The notes under the pieces were generated by a model, which saw only the letters and a program-made list of their open reading frames with translations, was not told where the DNA came from and searched no databases. A stretch of DNA of 64,000 bases from Nanobdellota archaeon. Lineage in GTDB: Archaea > Nanobdellota > Nanobdellia > Pacearchaeales > GW2011-AR1. Each line of letters starts with the position of its first letter. Within the stretch, counting starts at the first letter, position 1. Position numbers and translations under genes: made by a program. This document shows positions 9,418 to 17,649 of the stretch, in pieces. The DNA is taken from NCBI GenBank assembly GCA_038045705.1, contig JBBSXO010000005.1, positions 15,371 to 79,370 on the forward strand, in the 5' to 3' direction.

Positions 9418-9907
9418 TCTAGAACTATTTTTTGAAGATTGTTATAGGAGGATCAATGTTCGAGAATATGCTAGATTAATGAAAATTTCACCTCCGACCG
9501 CATCAAAGATACTTTCTGAACTCAATAGTCAAGGATTACTATCAATGGAGAAAGATAGAAACTACATTTTTTATTATGCTAATAGAATTGATAAAACATT
9601 CATAGATTTATCTAGGATTTATTGGAAAATTAAGCTGAATAGCTTTATTAATTATTTTGATAAACATTTTACAAACTATTCAATGATTCTTTTTGGATCT
9701 TTGTCTAAAGCTGAAGCAAAGAAAGATTCAGATATAGATGTATGCATAATTGGACATAGTAAAGAAGTTGATATTAGGAATTTTGAAATTAAGTTGAATA
9801 GAAAAATACAATTGTTCTTCTTTAGTTCATTAGAAAGCATAAAAAATAAAGAATTGGCAAACAACATAATAAATGGGTATATCTTACAAGGGAAATTGAA
9901 ATTATAA
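9398..9907 (+). CDS. Minimal nucleotidyltransferase (MNT) with N-terminal HTH
   Basis: 'ILFGSLSKAEAKKDSDIDVCII' is the GS...DxD nucleotidyltransferase motif. The N-terminal 'YARLMKISPPTASKILSEL' is an HTH. Confidence 0.65.
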   Translation: MLNIIDNLELFFEDCYRRINVREYARLMKISPPTASKILSELNSQGLLSMEKDRNYIFYYANRIDKTFIDLSRIYWKIKLNSFINYFDKHFTNYSMILFGSLSKAEAKKDSDIDVCIIGHSKEVDIRNFEIKLNRKIQLFFFSSLESIKNKELANNIINGYILQGKLKL

Positions 9908-10314
9908 TGGATTTTAATGAGTGTCTCAAAAAGAGAATAGCTAAGAAAGTAGGCGAAGATAAAGAGCTTATTATTTCCCTTTTAAAAACAAGCCAGAATA
10001 AACTTAATTCTCAAAGGAAACTTGAACTAAATGAAGTAACTTCAAGCTCTAAGATATCCCTTTTGTATGATTCATTAAGAGAAATTTTAGAGGCTTTAGC
10101 CATTAAAAATGGATACAAAATATATAATCATGAATGTTATACTCATTTTCTAAAAGAAATCTTAAATGAGAGCATTGATGGAGATGAATTTGATGAGTTG
10201 AGAAAGATAAGGAATGGTATAAATTATTATGCTAAAGATACTTCTACTGAAGAAGCAAAAGAAGTTTTAGAAAGAATACAGAAACTTAGAGAGAAAATCT
10301 TGAAGTTAATTTAA
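9907..10314 (+). CDS. HEPN-domain protein (partner of MNT)
   Basis: The 135-aa helical protein is translationally coupled to the MNT gene (ATGA overlap at 9904-9907). Confidence 0.5.
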   Translation: MDFNECLKKRIAKKVGEDKELIISLLKTSQNKLNSQRKLELNEVTSSSKISLLYDSLREILEALAIKNGYKIYNHECYTHFLKEILNESIDGDEFDELRKIRNGINYYAKDTSTEEAKEVLERIQKLREKILKLI

Positions 10315-10317
10315 CTA

Positions 10318-10920
10318 TTAAAATCGTTCCATATTTTCATATTCTTCTCTTATCTTGTCTGTCGTTCTTTTTATTACCATGAGGACTGCCTTATCGGCTG
10401 TATCACCTTCATAGTCAGTTTCTCTTGCTATATCATTCAATTTTCTCCCTTCAATAAATCGCATATTTAATATTTTTCTTTTTTTAGGCGATAGTCTGGA
10501 AATAATCTGTAATATTTTTGATAATCTAACACTGTCATCTTCTTCCTGGATATATTTTGATAATCCAGAATCATCTTCTAACTCTCGCATTTGATTTGAT
10601 TTTTCTTTAAAAGAATCTCCATCTTGATCTGTTTCTTGGCAGAAGCTACTTAATGTACTTTCTTTTTTTCTACGTCTATAATTTCTCTTAAAGCATCTTC
10701 CTAAATGTCTTAAAACGCAAACCCTCACATATCCTGGAAAAGAATCAATTCTTTTTAGGTCATATCTACCTGCAACCCTCCAAAATTTTTCCAAAGCATC
10801 AGCTCTCATTTCTTCTGAATCATAGATAAATTCCAGAGGTCTTCTATTTCTTCTAAATTCATCAATTATTCTATCCACTTCAAAGAGATTTTCTCTAAAG
10901 AGAGTCAAGTCATCTGTCAT
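10318..10920 (-). CDS. Sigma-70/ECF-like protein (regions 2 and 4 recognisable)
   Basis: 'ALEKFWRVAGRYDLKRIDSFPGYVRVCVLRHLGRCFKRNYRRRKK' fits the region 2.1-2.4 pattern. 'LSPKKRKILNMRFIEGRKLNDIARE' fits the region 4 HTH pattern. Confidence 0.4.
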   Translation of the reverse strand: MTDDLTLFRENLFEVDRIIDEFRRNRRPLEFIYDSEEMRADALEKFWRVAGRYDLKRIDSFPGYVRVCVLRHLGRCFKRNYRRRKKESTLSSFCQETDQDGDSFKEKSNQMRELEDDSGLSKYIQEEDDSVRLSKILQIISRLSPKKRKILNMRFIEGRKLNDIARETDYEGDTADKAVLMVIKRTTDKIREEYENMERF

Positions 10921-10950
10921 TCAATTTTCAGAAATAATTAGTTTTTAAAA

Positions 10951-11694
10951 TTACTTAATATACTTACGTAGTTCTTCACCATGTAATTTAACAAGTCTTC
11001 CTTCTTTAAGAGCAATCATCCCCACATCAAATCTTGAAATTTCAAAATTTTTACCAAGAATCTCTTTAAATATTTTCATCACAAACTTGATTCCCTCTTC
11101 CATACTCATGCTTTCACTTATGCCCTTACGTAATTCTTCCTTTACTTGTTCATCATTCTCTCCGATAGAGTTAGCCTTGTAAGCAAAGAAGTTTCCAGTA
11201 ATGTCTGATGTATACAAATGAGGCCTTCCTTTTGAAACACCAGCAATCATTATTGAAACACCATAAGGCCTAGAACCGCCATATTGAGTATATGCTTGTT
11301 TATTATCTGCAATCATTTGAATGACACTTATAGGATCAATAGGTGTTCCGTAAGAAACTCTGTGTTGTTGCGCTAATAATCTAGATCTATCAATAAGAAC
11401 CCTAGCATCAGAAGCAATTCCAGCAGCAGTAGCCATTACATGGTCATCAACTTCAAAAACCTTAACAGCAGATTCAGGAGCAATTAAATTATCTCTAATT
11501 CTCTTATCAGCAACAATTATTACACCATCTTTACATATAATTCCTACACTATTGCTTCCAAGTTTAACAGTTTTTTCAGCATATTCAACTTGAAGCAAAT
11601 GTCCTTCAGGTGAGAACATTGTCGCAGCTCTGTCGTAACCCATTGCTTGATGTTGCATTTCTGTAGGCATATCCATTTTATTGTGTTTCTCCAA
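10951..11694 (-). CDS. psmA: Proteasome subunit alpha
   Basis: The segment 'YDRAATMFSPEGHLLQVEYAEKTVKLGSNSVGIICKDGVIIVADKR' is the canonical alpha-subunit N-terminus. Confidence 0.9.
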   Translation of the reverse strand: MEKHNKMDMPTEMQHQAMGYDRAATMFSPEGHLLQVEYAEKTVKLGSNSVGIICKDGVIIVADKRIRDNLIAPESAVKVFEVDDHVMATAAGIASDARVLIDRSRLLAQQHRVSYGTPIDPISVIQMIADNKQAYTQYGGSRPYGVSIMIAGVSKGRPHLYTSDITGNFFAYKANSIGENDEQVKEELRKGISESMSMEEGIKFVMKIFKEILGKNFEISRFDVGMIALKEGRLVKLHGEELRKYIK

Positions 11695-11858
11695 GGTTAT
11701 ATAAAATGGTTGCTAGAAAATAAACTTCCATTTTCTTTATATCCATTTTATTAGTAAAAACCTCTTAGATTTACTAATCTGCAGATATATGTCTATTTAA
11801 AATTTGCTATTTCTCTAAGGATTCTTTTCTCTTTCAAATAAAAATTATCTCCCAAAAT

Positions 11859-12128
11859 CTACTTTGAAAGTCCTTTCAAAGTCCCAGAAATTCTCAAAAC
11901 AGTCAATTCATCTTTTGCAAGAGCAAATGCAGCCTTAATTTGATTAAGTGATTTTCTATTAACTGCAAGAATAACTTCATTTGAAACTTCGGAAACAAAA
12001 ACGGGAGAAGCTTCAGCCCATCCTAAAACTCCTATAAATTCAAGAATCGCTTTTTCAACTGAACTCCTAAGTCCTCTAATAAGAAGATATCTTTTATTAT
12101 CTCTTGCAGAAGGTTTTAGCTTAAGCAT
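11859..12128 (-). CDS. RNase P protein component Pop5/Rpp14-like (Rnp2), minimal
   Basis: 'LKPSARDNKRYLLIRG...VLRISGTLKGL' aligns with the archaeal Pop5 pattern (LPPTLRDKKRYIAF...VLGVSGTIKRL). Pop5 classically neighbours psmA in archaea. Confidence 0.5.
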   Translation of the reverse strand: MLKLKPSARDNKRYLLIRGLRSSVEKAILEFIGVLGWAEASPVFVSEVSNEVILAVNRKSLNQIKAAFALAKDELTVLRISGTLKGLSK

Positions 12129-12129
12129 T

Positions 12130-12948
12130 TTATATTATGTCCACACCAACTATCTCATTAGTTTTAACTCTTAACATATTACTTTCAAGAGCAAAACCTA
12201 AACCTTCAGCTTCCCCAACTTTAAAATTAGCCATTCCTATTACTCGTCCATCTTTGTCAACTAAAGGCCCACCAGAATTTCCAGGGTTTAAAGTAACATC
12301 AGTCTGAATATAAGATTGTAAACCATTAGGGCCTTCTCTATCTAATGCAGAAACAATTCCTTCAGTTACTGTAAATGAAAGTCCTAGGGGATTTCCAATT
12401 GCAATTGCTTTTTGACCTATAGAAACAGAATCAGAATCTGCAAGTTCAAAACTATTTATAGATCCAGAAATTCTCAAAACAGCCAAATCCGCCAAAACAT
12501 CTGTTCCGACAATTTCGGCAACGTAAACTTCATCACTGTATGTTTGAACTTGTATAACTGCACTTCCCTCAATAACGTGATTGTTAGTTAAGATGTAGCT
12601 CCCATCAGAAACGGCAAATCCAGTTCCAGCAGAAATATCTGTAGTAACAGTAACTACTTTTTTTAATGCTTCTTCAACAACAGCAGACAAGTCCTGTTGT
12701 GTAGACTTTAGTAAATCTATTTGAGTTTCAAAATCACTTCTTTGTTGAGATATTGTTCTAACAATCTCTCCTATTCTATATTGGTTCTCTTGTCTTACAC
12801 TACCCAAAAATCCTTTGATTTCTTCTTCAAAGTTATTTTGTTGAGCAATCAATTTAGCGGACTGTGAGCTAATAAATGTAAATGATACTAATTGAACAAC
12901 AAGAAGCAAAATCACAGCCCCATATAAAACATTGATGTGGTGTTCCAT
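12130..12948 (-). CDS. Trypsin-like serine protease (HtrA/DegP-like, no PDZ), membrane-anchored
   Basis: It has an N-terminal TM helix. The catalytic triad context is present: 'LTNNHVIEG', 'DLAVLRISG' and 'GNSGGPLVD'. Confidence 0.8.
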   Translation of the reverse strand: MEHHINVLYGAVILLLVVQLVSFTFISSQSAKLIAQQNNFEEEIKGFLGSVRQENQYRIGEIVRTISQQRSDFETQIDLLKSTQQDLSAVVEEALKKVVTVTTDISAGTGFAVSDGSYILTNNHVIEGSAVIQVQTYSDEVYVAEIVGTDVLADLAVLRISGSINSFELADSDSVSIGQKAIAIGNPLGLSFTVTEGIVSALDREGPNGLQSYIQTDVTLNPGNSGGPLVDKDGRVIGMANFKVGEAEGLGFALESNMLRVKTNEIVGVDII

Positions 12949-13026
12949 AAAATAAAATTATCTCATATGTATTTATAGCTTTTCAATGTCAACAATATTT
13001 AATAAGGTAAAAGATTAATCTACGTA

Positions 13027-13269
13027 ATGGATAATGAAGATGACTCTAAAAAAGATTTAGTAAGAGGAATAGCCGAAAATCAACTAACAGGTATAATTCC
13101 TCAAAGAACATTAGCTAAAGCAGTAGGTAATATGTCTACAGAAAGATTTGCAGATGGAATTGATGGTTTAGTTGATGAAAACGTTTTAAGCAAACCCTCA
13201 TACGATTCAAGAAAAGGAATAGTTTATACTTTTTATCCTGACAAGGCGAGAACAAAAGGTTATCTATAA
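13027..13269 (+). CDS. Hypothetical small protein
   Basis: It is an 80-aa ORF with no motif. Confidence 0.3.
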   Translation: MDNEDDSKKDLVRGIAENQLTGIIPQRTLAKAVGNMSTERFADGIDGLVDENVLSKPSYDSRKGIVYTFYPDKARTKGYL

Positions 13270-13314
13270 TAATTTTTCACAAACCATTATAAACTTACAG
13301 CCCAGTAAATAAAT

Positions 13315-14652
13315 ATGTTAAAAATTCATGCAGTTGGTGGTTTTAGTGAAGTGGGCAAAAATATGACTGCCGTCGAGTCAAGAGATGATGTAACCTTATG
13401 TGATGCTGGTTTATTTATCCCAGCGTTAGTTGGAGTAAGCGAAAGAGAAAAAGTACCAACAGAGCAAGGAATGAGATCAATTGGAGCATTACCAAACGAC
13501 CATTACTTGGATGAAAAGAAACTTAGAGATAAAGTAAGATCTATTGCAGTTTCACACGCTCACTTAGACCATGTAGGGGCAGTCCAATATTTAGCCCATA
13601 GGTACAAGGCAGGAATCTACGGAACCCCTTACACCATGGAAGTTCTAAAAAATTTATTGCCTGAAAGAGGTCTTCCTGCAGGTAATAAAATGCATACTGT
13701 AAAATCAAATGGAATAGCACAAATTAATGGAAAAAATAAATACAAAGTAGAGTTCATTAATATGACTCATTCGACATTGCAATGTGCTTTAGTTGCAGTC
13801 CATACTCCTGATGGAGTAGTCTTATATGCAAATGACTACAAGTTAGATAATACTCCTGTAATTGGAGATAAACCAAATTACAAGAGACTAAAGGAAATAT
13901 CCAAAGAAGGAGTAAAAGCGCTAGTAGTAAACTGTCTATATGCACATTCAGAGAAAAAAACACCTTCAGAGCAAGTTGCAAGAGATATGGTAAGGGATAC
14001 AATGTCTAGTTTACAAGGAAATAAAGAAGGTCTAATAGTAACAACCTTTGCATCACATATAGCAAGATTAAAATCAATAGTAGACTTCGGACAAAAATTG
14101 GACAGAAAAATAGTTTTTATTGGTAGAAGTCTGGCAAAATACGTTTTAGCAGGGGAATCAATAAATCAAGTTCCTTTCAAAAGTAAAATAATAATGGCTA
14201 CTTACAAAAAACAATTAGAAAAAACTTTAAGACAAGTAGATGCAAATAGAGATAAGTATCTTGTTGTATGCACAGGTCATCAAGGAGAAAAAGGTTCAGT
14301 TCTTGATAGAATGTCAAGGAATCAATTACCTCTAAGAATACAACCAGGAGATAACATTGTTTTTTGCTCAAAAACAATTCCAGCTCCTGAAACAATTGCT
14401 TCTAGATCAGAATTAATGAGGCGTTTAGATGAGTTCAAACCAAGAATACATGATAATCTTCACGTTTCAGGTCACGGTTCAAAAGAAGACCTAATGGAAT
14501 TAATTAAATTAACAAATCCTGAAAATGTAATTCCATCTCATGGAGACCATGCAAAAACGATACCTGGAATGCACGTTGCTGAAGAAATGGGTTATAAAAA
14601 AGGTTATAATGTTCACTTACTCTCAAATGGTGAGTCAATAAAAGTAGCATGA
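13315..14652 (+). CDS. aRNase J-like beta-CASP metallo-beta-lactamase ribonuclease
   Basis: 'VSHAHLDHVGAV' is the HxHxDH motif. The ~445-aa length and the C-terminal 'HVSGHGS' beta-CASP motif also fit. Confidence 0.8.
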   Translation: MLKIHAVGGFSEVGKNMTAVESRDDVTLCDAGLFIPALVGVSEREKVPTEQGMRSIGALPNDHYLDEKKLRDKVRSIAVSHAHLDHVGAVQYLAHRYKAGIYGTPYTMEVLKNLLPERGLPAGNKMHTVKSNGIAQINGKNKYKVEFINMTHSTLQCALVAVHTPDGVVLYANDYKLDNTPVIGDKPNYKRLKEISKEGVKALVVNCLYAHSEKKTPSEQVARDMVRDTMSSLQGNKEGLIVTTFASHIARLKSIVDFGQKLDRKIVFIGRSLAKYVLAGESINQVPFKSKIIMATYKKQLEKTLRQVDANRDKYLVVCTGHQGEKGSVLDRMSRNQLPLRIQPGDNIVFCSKTIPAPETIASRSELMRRLDEFKPRIHDNLHVSGHGSKEDLMELIKLTNPENVIPSHGDHAKTIPGMHVAEEMGYKKGYNVHLLSNGESIKVA

Positions 14653-15137
14653 GAGATGATATAGTTGGAATGTTGAAGAATGCCATAGATCACGGTGGTA
14701 ACCCTCAAAGAGTTGCTCAATCTTTGATTAATTCAGGTTATCCTATGAAAGATGTAAAAGAAGCATTTGATTACATAATGATTAGTAATCCAGCCCTTCA
14801 AACACAACAACAGCAACAAGTTAATCAACAAACCCCTCAAATGCAAATTAGTGAGCAACCTCAAAAACAACCCCAACAACCATCTGCACAATATCAAACA
14901 CAACAACAATTTCCCCAGCAAAAACAGATGCCAAATCCGCCACAATACAAAGCACCCGTGACACCTATACCACCAATACAACCTCTAAGGCCACTAAAAC
15001 CTCTTCCTTCCCAAAAGACAAGCCCTTCTGGAATGGGAAAAATAATAGTCTTGATATTCATACTTCTTTTATTAGTCCTCTCTTTAGTTTCAGTAATAAT
15101 CTTTAAAGATGATATTTTAGAATTATTAAGCTTATGA
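14649..15137 (+). CDS. Q/P-rich low-complexity protein with C-terminal TM anchor
   Basis: It is translationally coupled to the preceding gene (ATGA overlap at 14649-14652). It has a long Q/P stretch and a C-terminal 'IIVLIFILLLLVLSLVSVIIF' segment. Confidence 0.4.
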   Translation: MRDDIVGMLKNAIDHGGNPQRVAQSLINSGYPMKDVKEAFDYIMISNPALQTQQQQQVNQQTPQMQISEQPQKQPQQPSAQYQTQQQFPQQKQMPNPPQYKAPVTPIPPIQPLRPLKPLPSQKTSPSGMGKIIVLIFILLLLVLSLVSVIIFKDDILELLSL

Positions 15138-15670
15138 GCTTAGTATATCAACCAGCAGAAGATTCTTATCTTATTGAGTCAACAATAAAAAAATATGCTA
15201 AAAACAAGTCAGTTCTGGATATATGTACAGGTTCAGGAATTTTAGCTATCAAAGCTTTAGAATCAGGAGCAAAATCAGTTACGGCAGTGGATATAAATCA
15301 AGATGCTCTGGATAGCATAAAAGAAAAAAGAATAAAAAAAATCAAGTCAAATATCTTTAGCAAAGTCAATAAAAAGTTTGATTTAATTATCTGTAATCCA
15401 CCCTATCTTCCAGAAAACAAACAGGAAGACAAAGAAAGTAGATTAGCAACTACAGGTGGAAAAAAAGGAGATGAATTCATTCTAAAATTGCTCAAACAAG
15501 CCAAAAAGTATCTAGAAAATAATGGAATTATTCTCCTTTTAGTCTCTTCTTTAACTCCAATGAAAAGAATAAATAATTTATTAGAAAAAAATAAACTTAA
15601 GTCAAAAGTCATAGATTCAAAGAATTTTTTCTTTGAAAAATTAGAGGTTTTAGAAATAAGAGATAACTAA
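15134..15670 (+). CDS. HemK/Mtq2-like SAM-dependent methyltransferase (NPPY motif)
   Basis: 'DICTGSGILAI' is SAM-binding motif I. 'DLIICNPPYLP' is the NPPY catalytic motif. The 178-aa size matches archaeal Mtq2. Confidence 0.7.
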   Translation: MSLVYQPAEDSYLIESTIKKYAKNKSVLDICTGSGILAIKALESGAKSVTAVDINQDALDSIKEKRIKKIKSNIFSKVNKKFDLIICNPPYLPENKQEDKESRLATTGGKKGDEFILKLLKQAKKYLENNGIILLLVSSLTPMKRINNLLEKNKLKSKVIDSKNFFFEKLEVLEIRDN

Positions 15671-15678
15671 AAAACTAG

Positions 15679-16035
15679 CTACCTCATTAAATGATTAATA
15701 TTTTGAGCCACAAAATCATGCTCTTCATTCTTAACTCCTAAATCTTGTTTTGTCAAAAACCATGCAAATTTTAAGAAATTCTTAACAGTAGGATTTTCAA
15801 GATTCAGTATATACATATCTGATTTTCCAACTCTTCTTGTCTTAACAATAATCTCCTTATCAAGAAATTCTTCAAAAAAACTCTTTAAAGAATTATAACT
15901 GATATTTGATTCTCTTGCCATGTCAGTCATGTTGAAGTCAAAAAAGTGATTTCCAATTAAGAAATCCAGAAATCTTAGTTTCGGAGTATCGCCAAAATAT
16001 TCCAAAAATGCAGATTTGTTTTCTTCGTTTTTCAT
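15679..16035 (-). CDS. Putative winged-helix transcriptional regulator
   Basis: 'MTDMARESNISYNSLKSFFEEFLDKEIIVKTRRVGKSDMYILN' has a wHTH pattern. Confidence 0.4.
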   Translation of the reverse strand: MKNEENKSAFLEYFGDTPKLRFLDFLIGNHFFDFNMTDMARESNISYNSLKSFFEEFLDKEIIVKTRRVGKSDMYILNLENPTVKNFLKFAWFLTKQDLGVKNEEHDFVAQNINHLMR

Positions 16036-16100
16036 AACTTCTTTAAATCTTGTCTTTATTTAAATCTTTCTCTTAAAGACAATTTAACTATCAAAGTAAG

Positions 16101-16113
16101 AAACATTTAAATA
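16101..16113 (+). promoter_or_regulatory. Archaeal BRE/TATA promoter motif AAACATTTAAATA
   Basis: The TATA box (TTTAAATA) ends 22 nt before the ATG at 16135. The identical 13-mer recurs at 24465-24477 and 26424-26436. Confidence 0.5.
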
Positions 16114-16134
16114 ACTTTCAAGTTTATAATCTCA

Positions 16135-16392
16135 ATGGAAAAAGAGAAAGCACAGCTTATGTTTAAACTTGCTTACTCAAAGAAAAACTGGGGACACAAA
16201 TATGACAGATTAGAGCATTTCAAAAGATTTCCAAACTTAAAACAAGTAGTAAAAGAACTCTCAAATAAAGGATGGATTCTAATATACAACAAGCCAAATT
16301 TCATAGGCATCTCATTAAATACTCAATTCAAGAAAGAAATCATCTCATTCATAGAAAATCATCTTCCGCATTTGAATGGTATGATTGGATAA
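16135..16392 (+). CDS. Hypothetical small protein
   Basis: It is an 85-aa ORF preceded by a BRE/TATA motif at 16101-16113. Confidence 0.3.
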   Translation: MEKEKAQLMFKLAYSKKNWGHKYDRLEHFKRFPNLKQVVKELSNKGWILIYNKPNFIGISLNTQFKKEIISFIENHLPHLNGMIG

Positions 16393-16500
16393 AATAATGC
16401 AATAATATTGATAGTGTTTCACACAAACATATGTCGAAGATATAGAGCTCAAGCATAATAACACAACAATACCTAAAAACTAAGTATCTCAGCAAAACCT

Positions 16501-17649
16501 ATGAAGTTTGGTCATTTAGCAGATTGCCATTTAGGTGGTTGGAGATACCCAGAGTTGCAACAACTCAATTTTGAGAGTTTTAAGAGCGCCTTAGAAACAT
16601 GTAAAAAAGAGAAAGTAGATTTCATCCTTATAGCTGGAGATTTATTTGATTCCCCATATCCACCAATAGAAATAATAAAAGATGCTTTTAATGAATTTCG
16701 TAAGTTAAAAGAAGCAAATATACCAATCTTCTTTATAGCTGGAAGTCATGATTATTCAATTTCAGGAAAAAGTTTTCTAGATGTAATGGAAAAGTCAGGT
16801 TTTGGAACAAATGTTTTCAAGGCTCAAGAAAAAGACGACTCTATAATTTTAGAGCCAACAATTTACAAAAATGTTGCCATTTACGGTTACCCTGGAAAAA
16901 AAACAGGATTAGAAGTTTATGATATTCCTAAAATAAAGTTGCAAGATGCCCCTGGATTATTTAAAATATTGATGTTACATACTACAATGAAAGATGCTCT
17001 GCCAGGTTTAGATATTCCATCAGTAGATAGAGAAAGTCTACCTAAGGTAGATTATTTAGCACTAGGGCATTTACATCTACAGTATGAAAAAGGAAATGCA
17101 AGATATGGGGGACCAATGTACCCAAATAATGCAAGCGAGTTAGAAGATTTACAATATGGAACTTTCTATATAGTTGACACAAACAAAGAAATCAAGAGAC
17201 ATAACGTAAAACTAAAGGATGTTCTAGTTCTAGACTTAGAAATAACAGACTCTTTAATAGGAACAGAGACAATTTTAGAAGAATTAAAAAAACATTTATT
17301 AAAAGATAAAATTTTAATTCTAAAATTAAAAGGAGTTTTAGAAAGAGGAAAAATAACAGATATAAATTTCAATAAAATTGAAGAATTCTCAAGAAAACAT
17401 GGAGTATGGTGTTTTATGAAAAACACTACTAGGTTATTTTTTCCAATAGTAGAAGTTGATGTAACTCCTCAGACAGAAGACTTTGAAAAAGAAATAATAG
17501 ATAGTTTCTGTAGCAAGCATCCTCATGATCTAAACAAACACATACAATTACTTTTATTAATGCTTAATATGGAGAAAAAAGAAGATGAAACATCTAGAAC
17601 TTTTGAAGATAGGTTATTTGGAGATTCAATAAAAGTTCTATTCCCATGA
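16501..17649 (+). CDS. mre11: DNA double-strand break repair nuclease Mre11
   Basis: The phosphoesterase motifs 'GHLADCHLG', 'DFILIAGDLFD' and 'IAGSHD' are present. It overlaps the Rad50 gene by 4 nt. Confidence 0.85.
   Translation: MKFGHLADCHLGGWRYPELQQLNFESFKSALETCKKEKVDFILIAGDLFDSPYPPIEIIKDAFNEFRKLKEANIPIFFIAGSHDYSISGKSFLDVMEKSGFGTNVFKAQEKDDSIILEPTIYKNVAIYGYPGKKTGLEVYDIPKIKLQDAPGLFKILMLHTTMKDALPGLDIPSVDRESLPKVDYLALGHLHLQYEKGNARYGGPMYPNNASELEDLQYGTFYIVDTNKEIKRHNVKLKDVLVLDLEITDSLIGTETILEELKKHLLKDKILILKLKGVLERGKITDINFNKIEEFSRKHGVWCFMKNTTRLFFPIVEVDVTPQTEDFEKEIIDSFCSKHPHDLNKHIQLLLLMLNMEKKEDETSRTFEDRLFGDSIKVLFP

Noticed and set aside
14733-14981. 82-aa antisense ORF inside the Q/P-rich gene
   Set aside because: It is the antisense of a CAA/CAG-rich region, which trivially gives a leucine-rich open frame.
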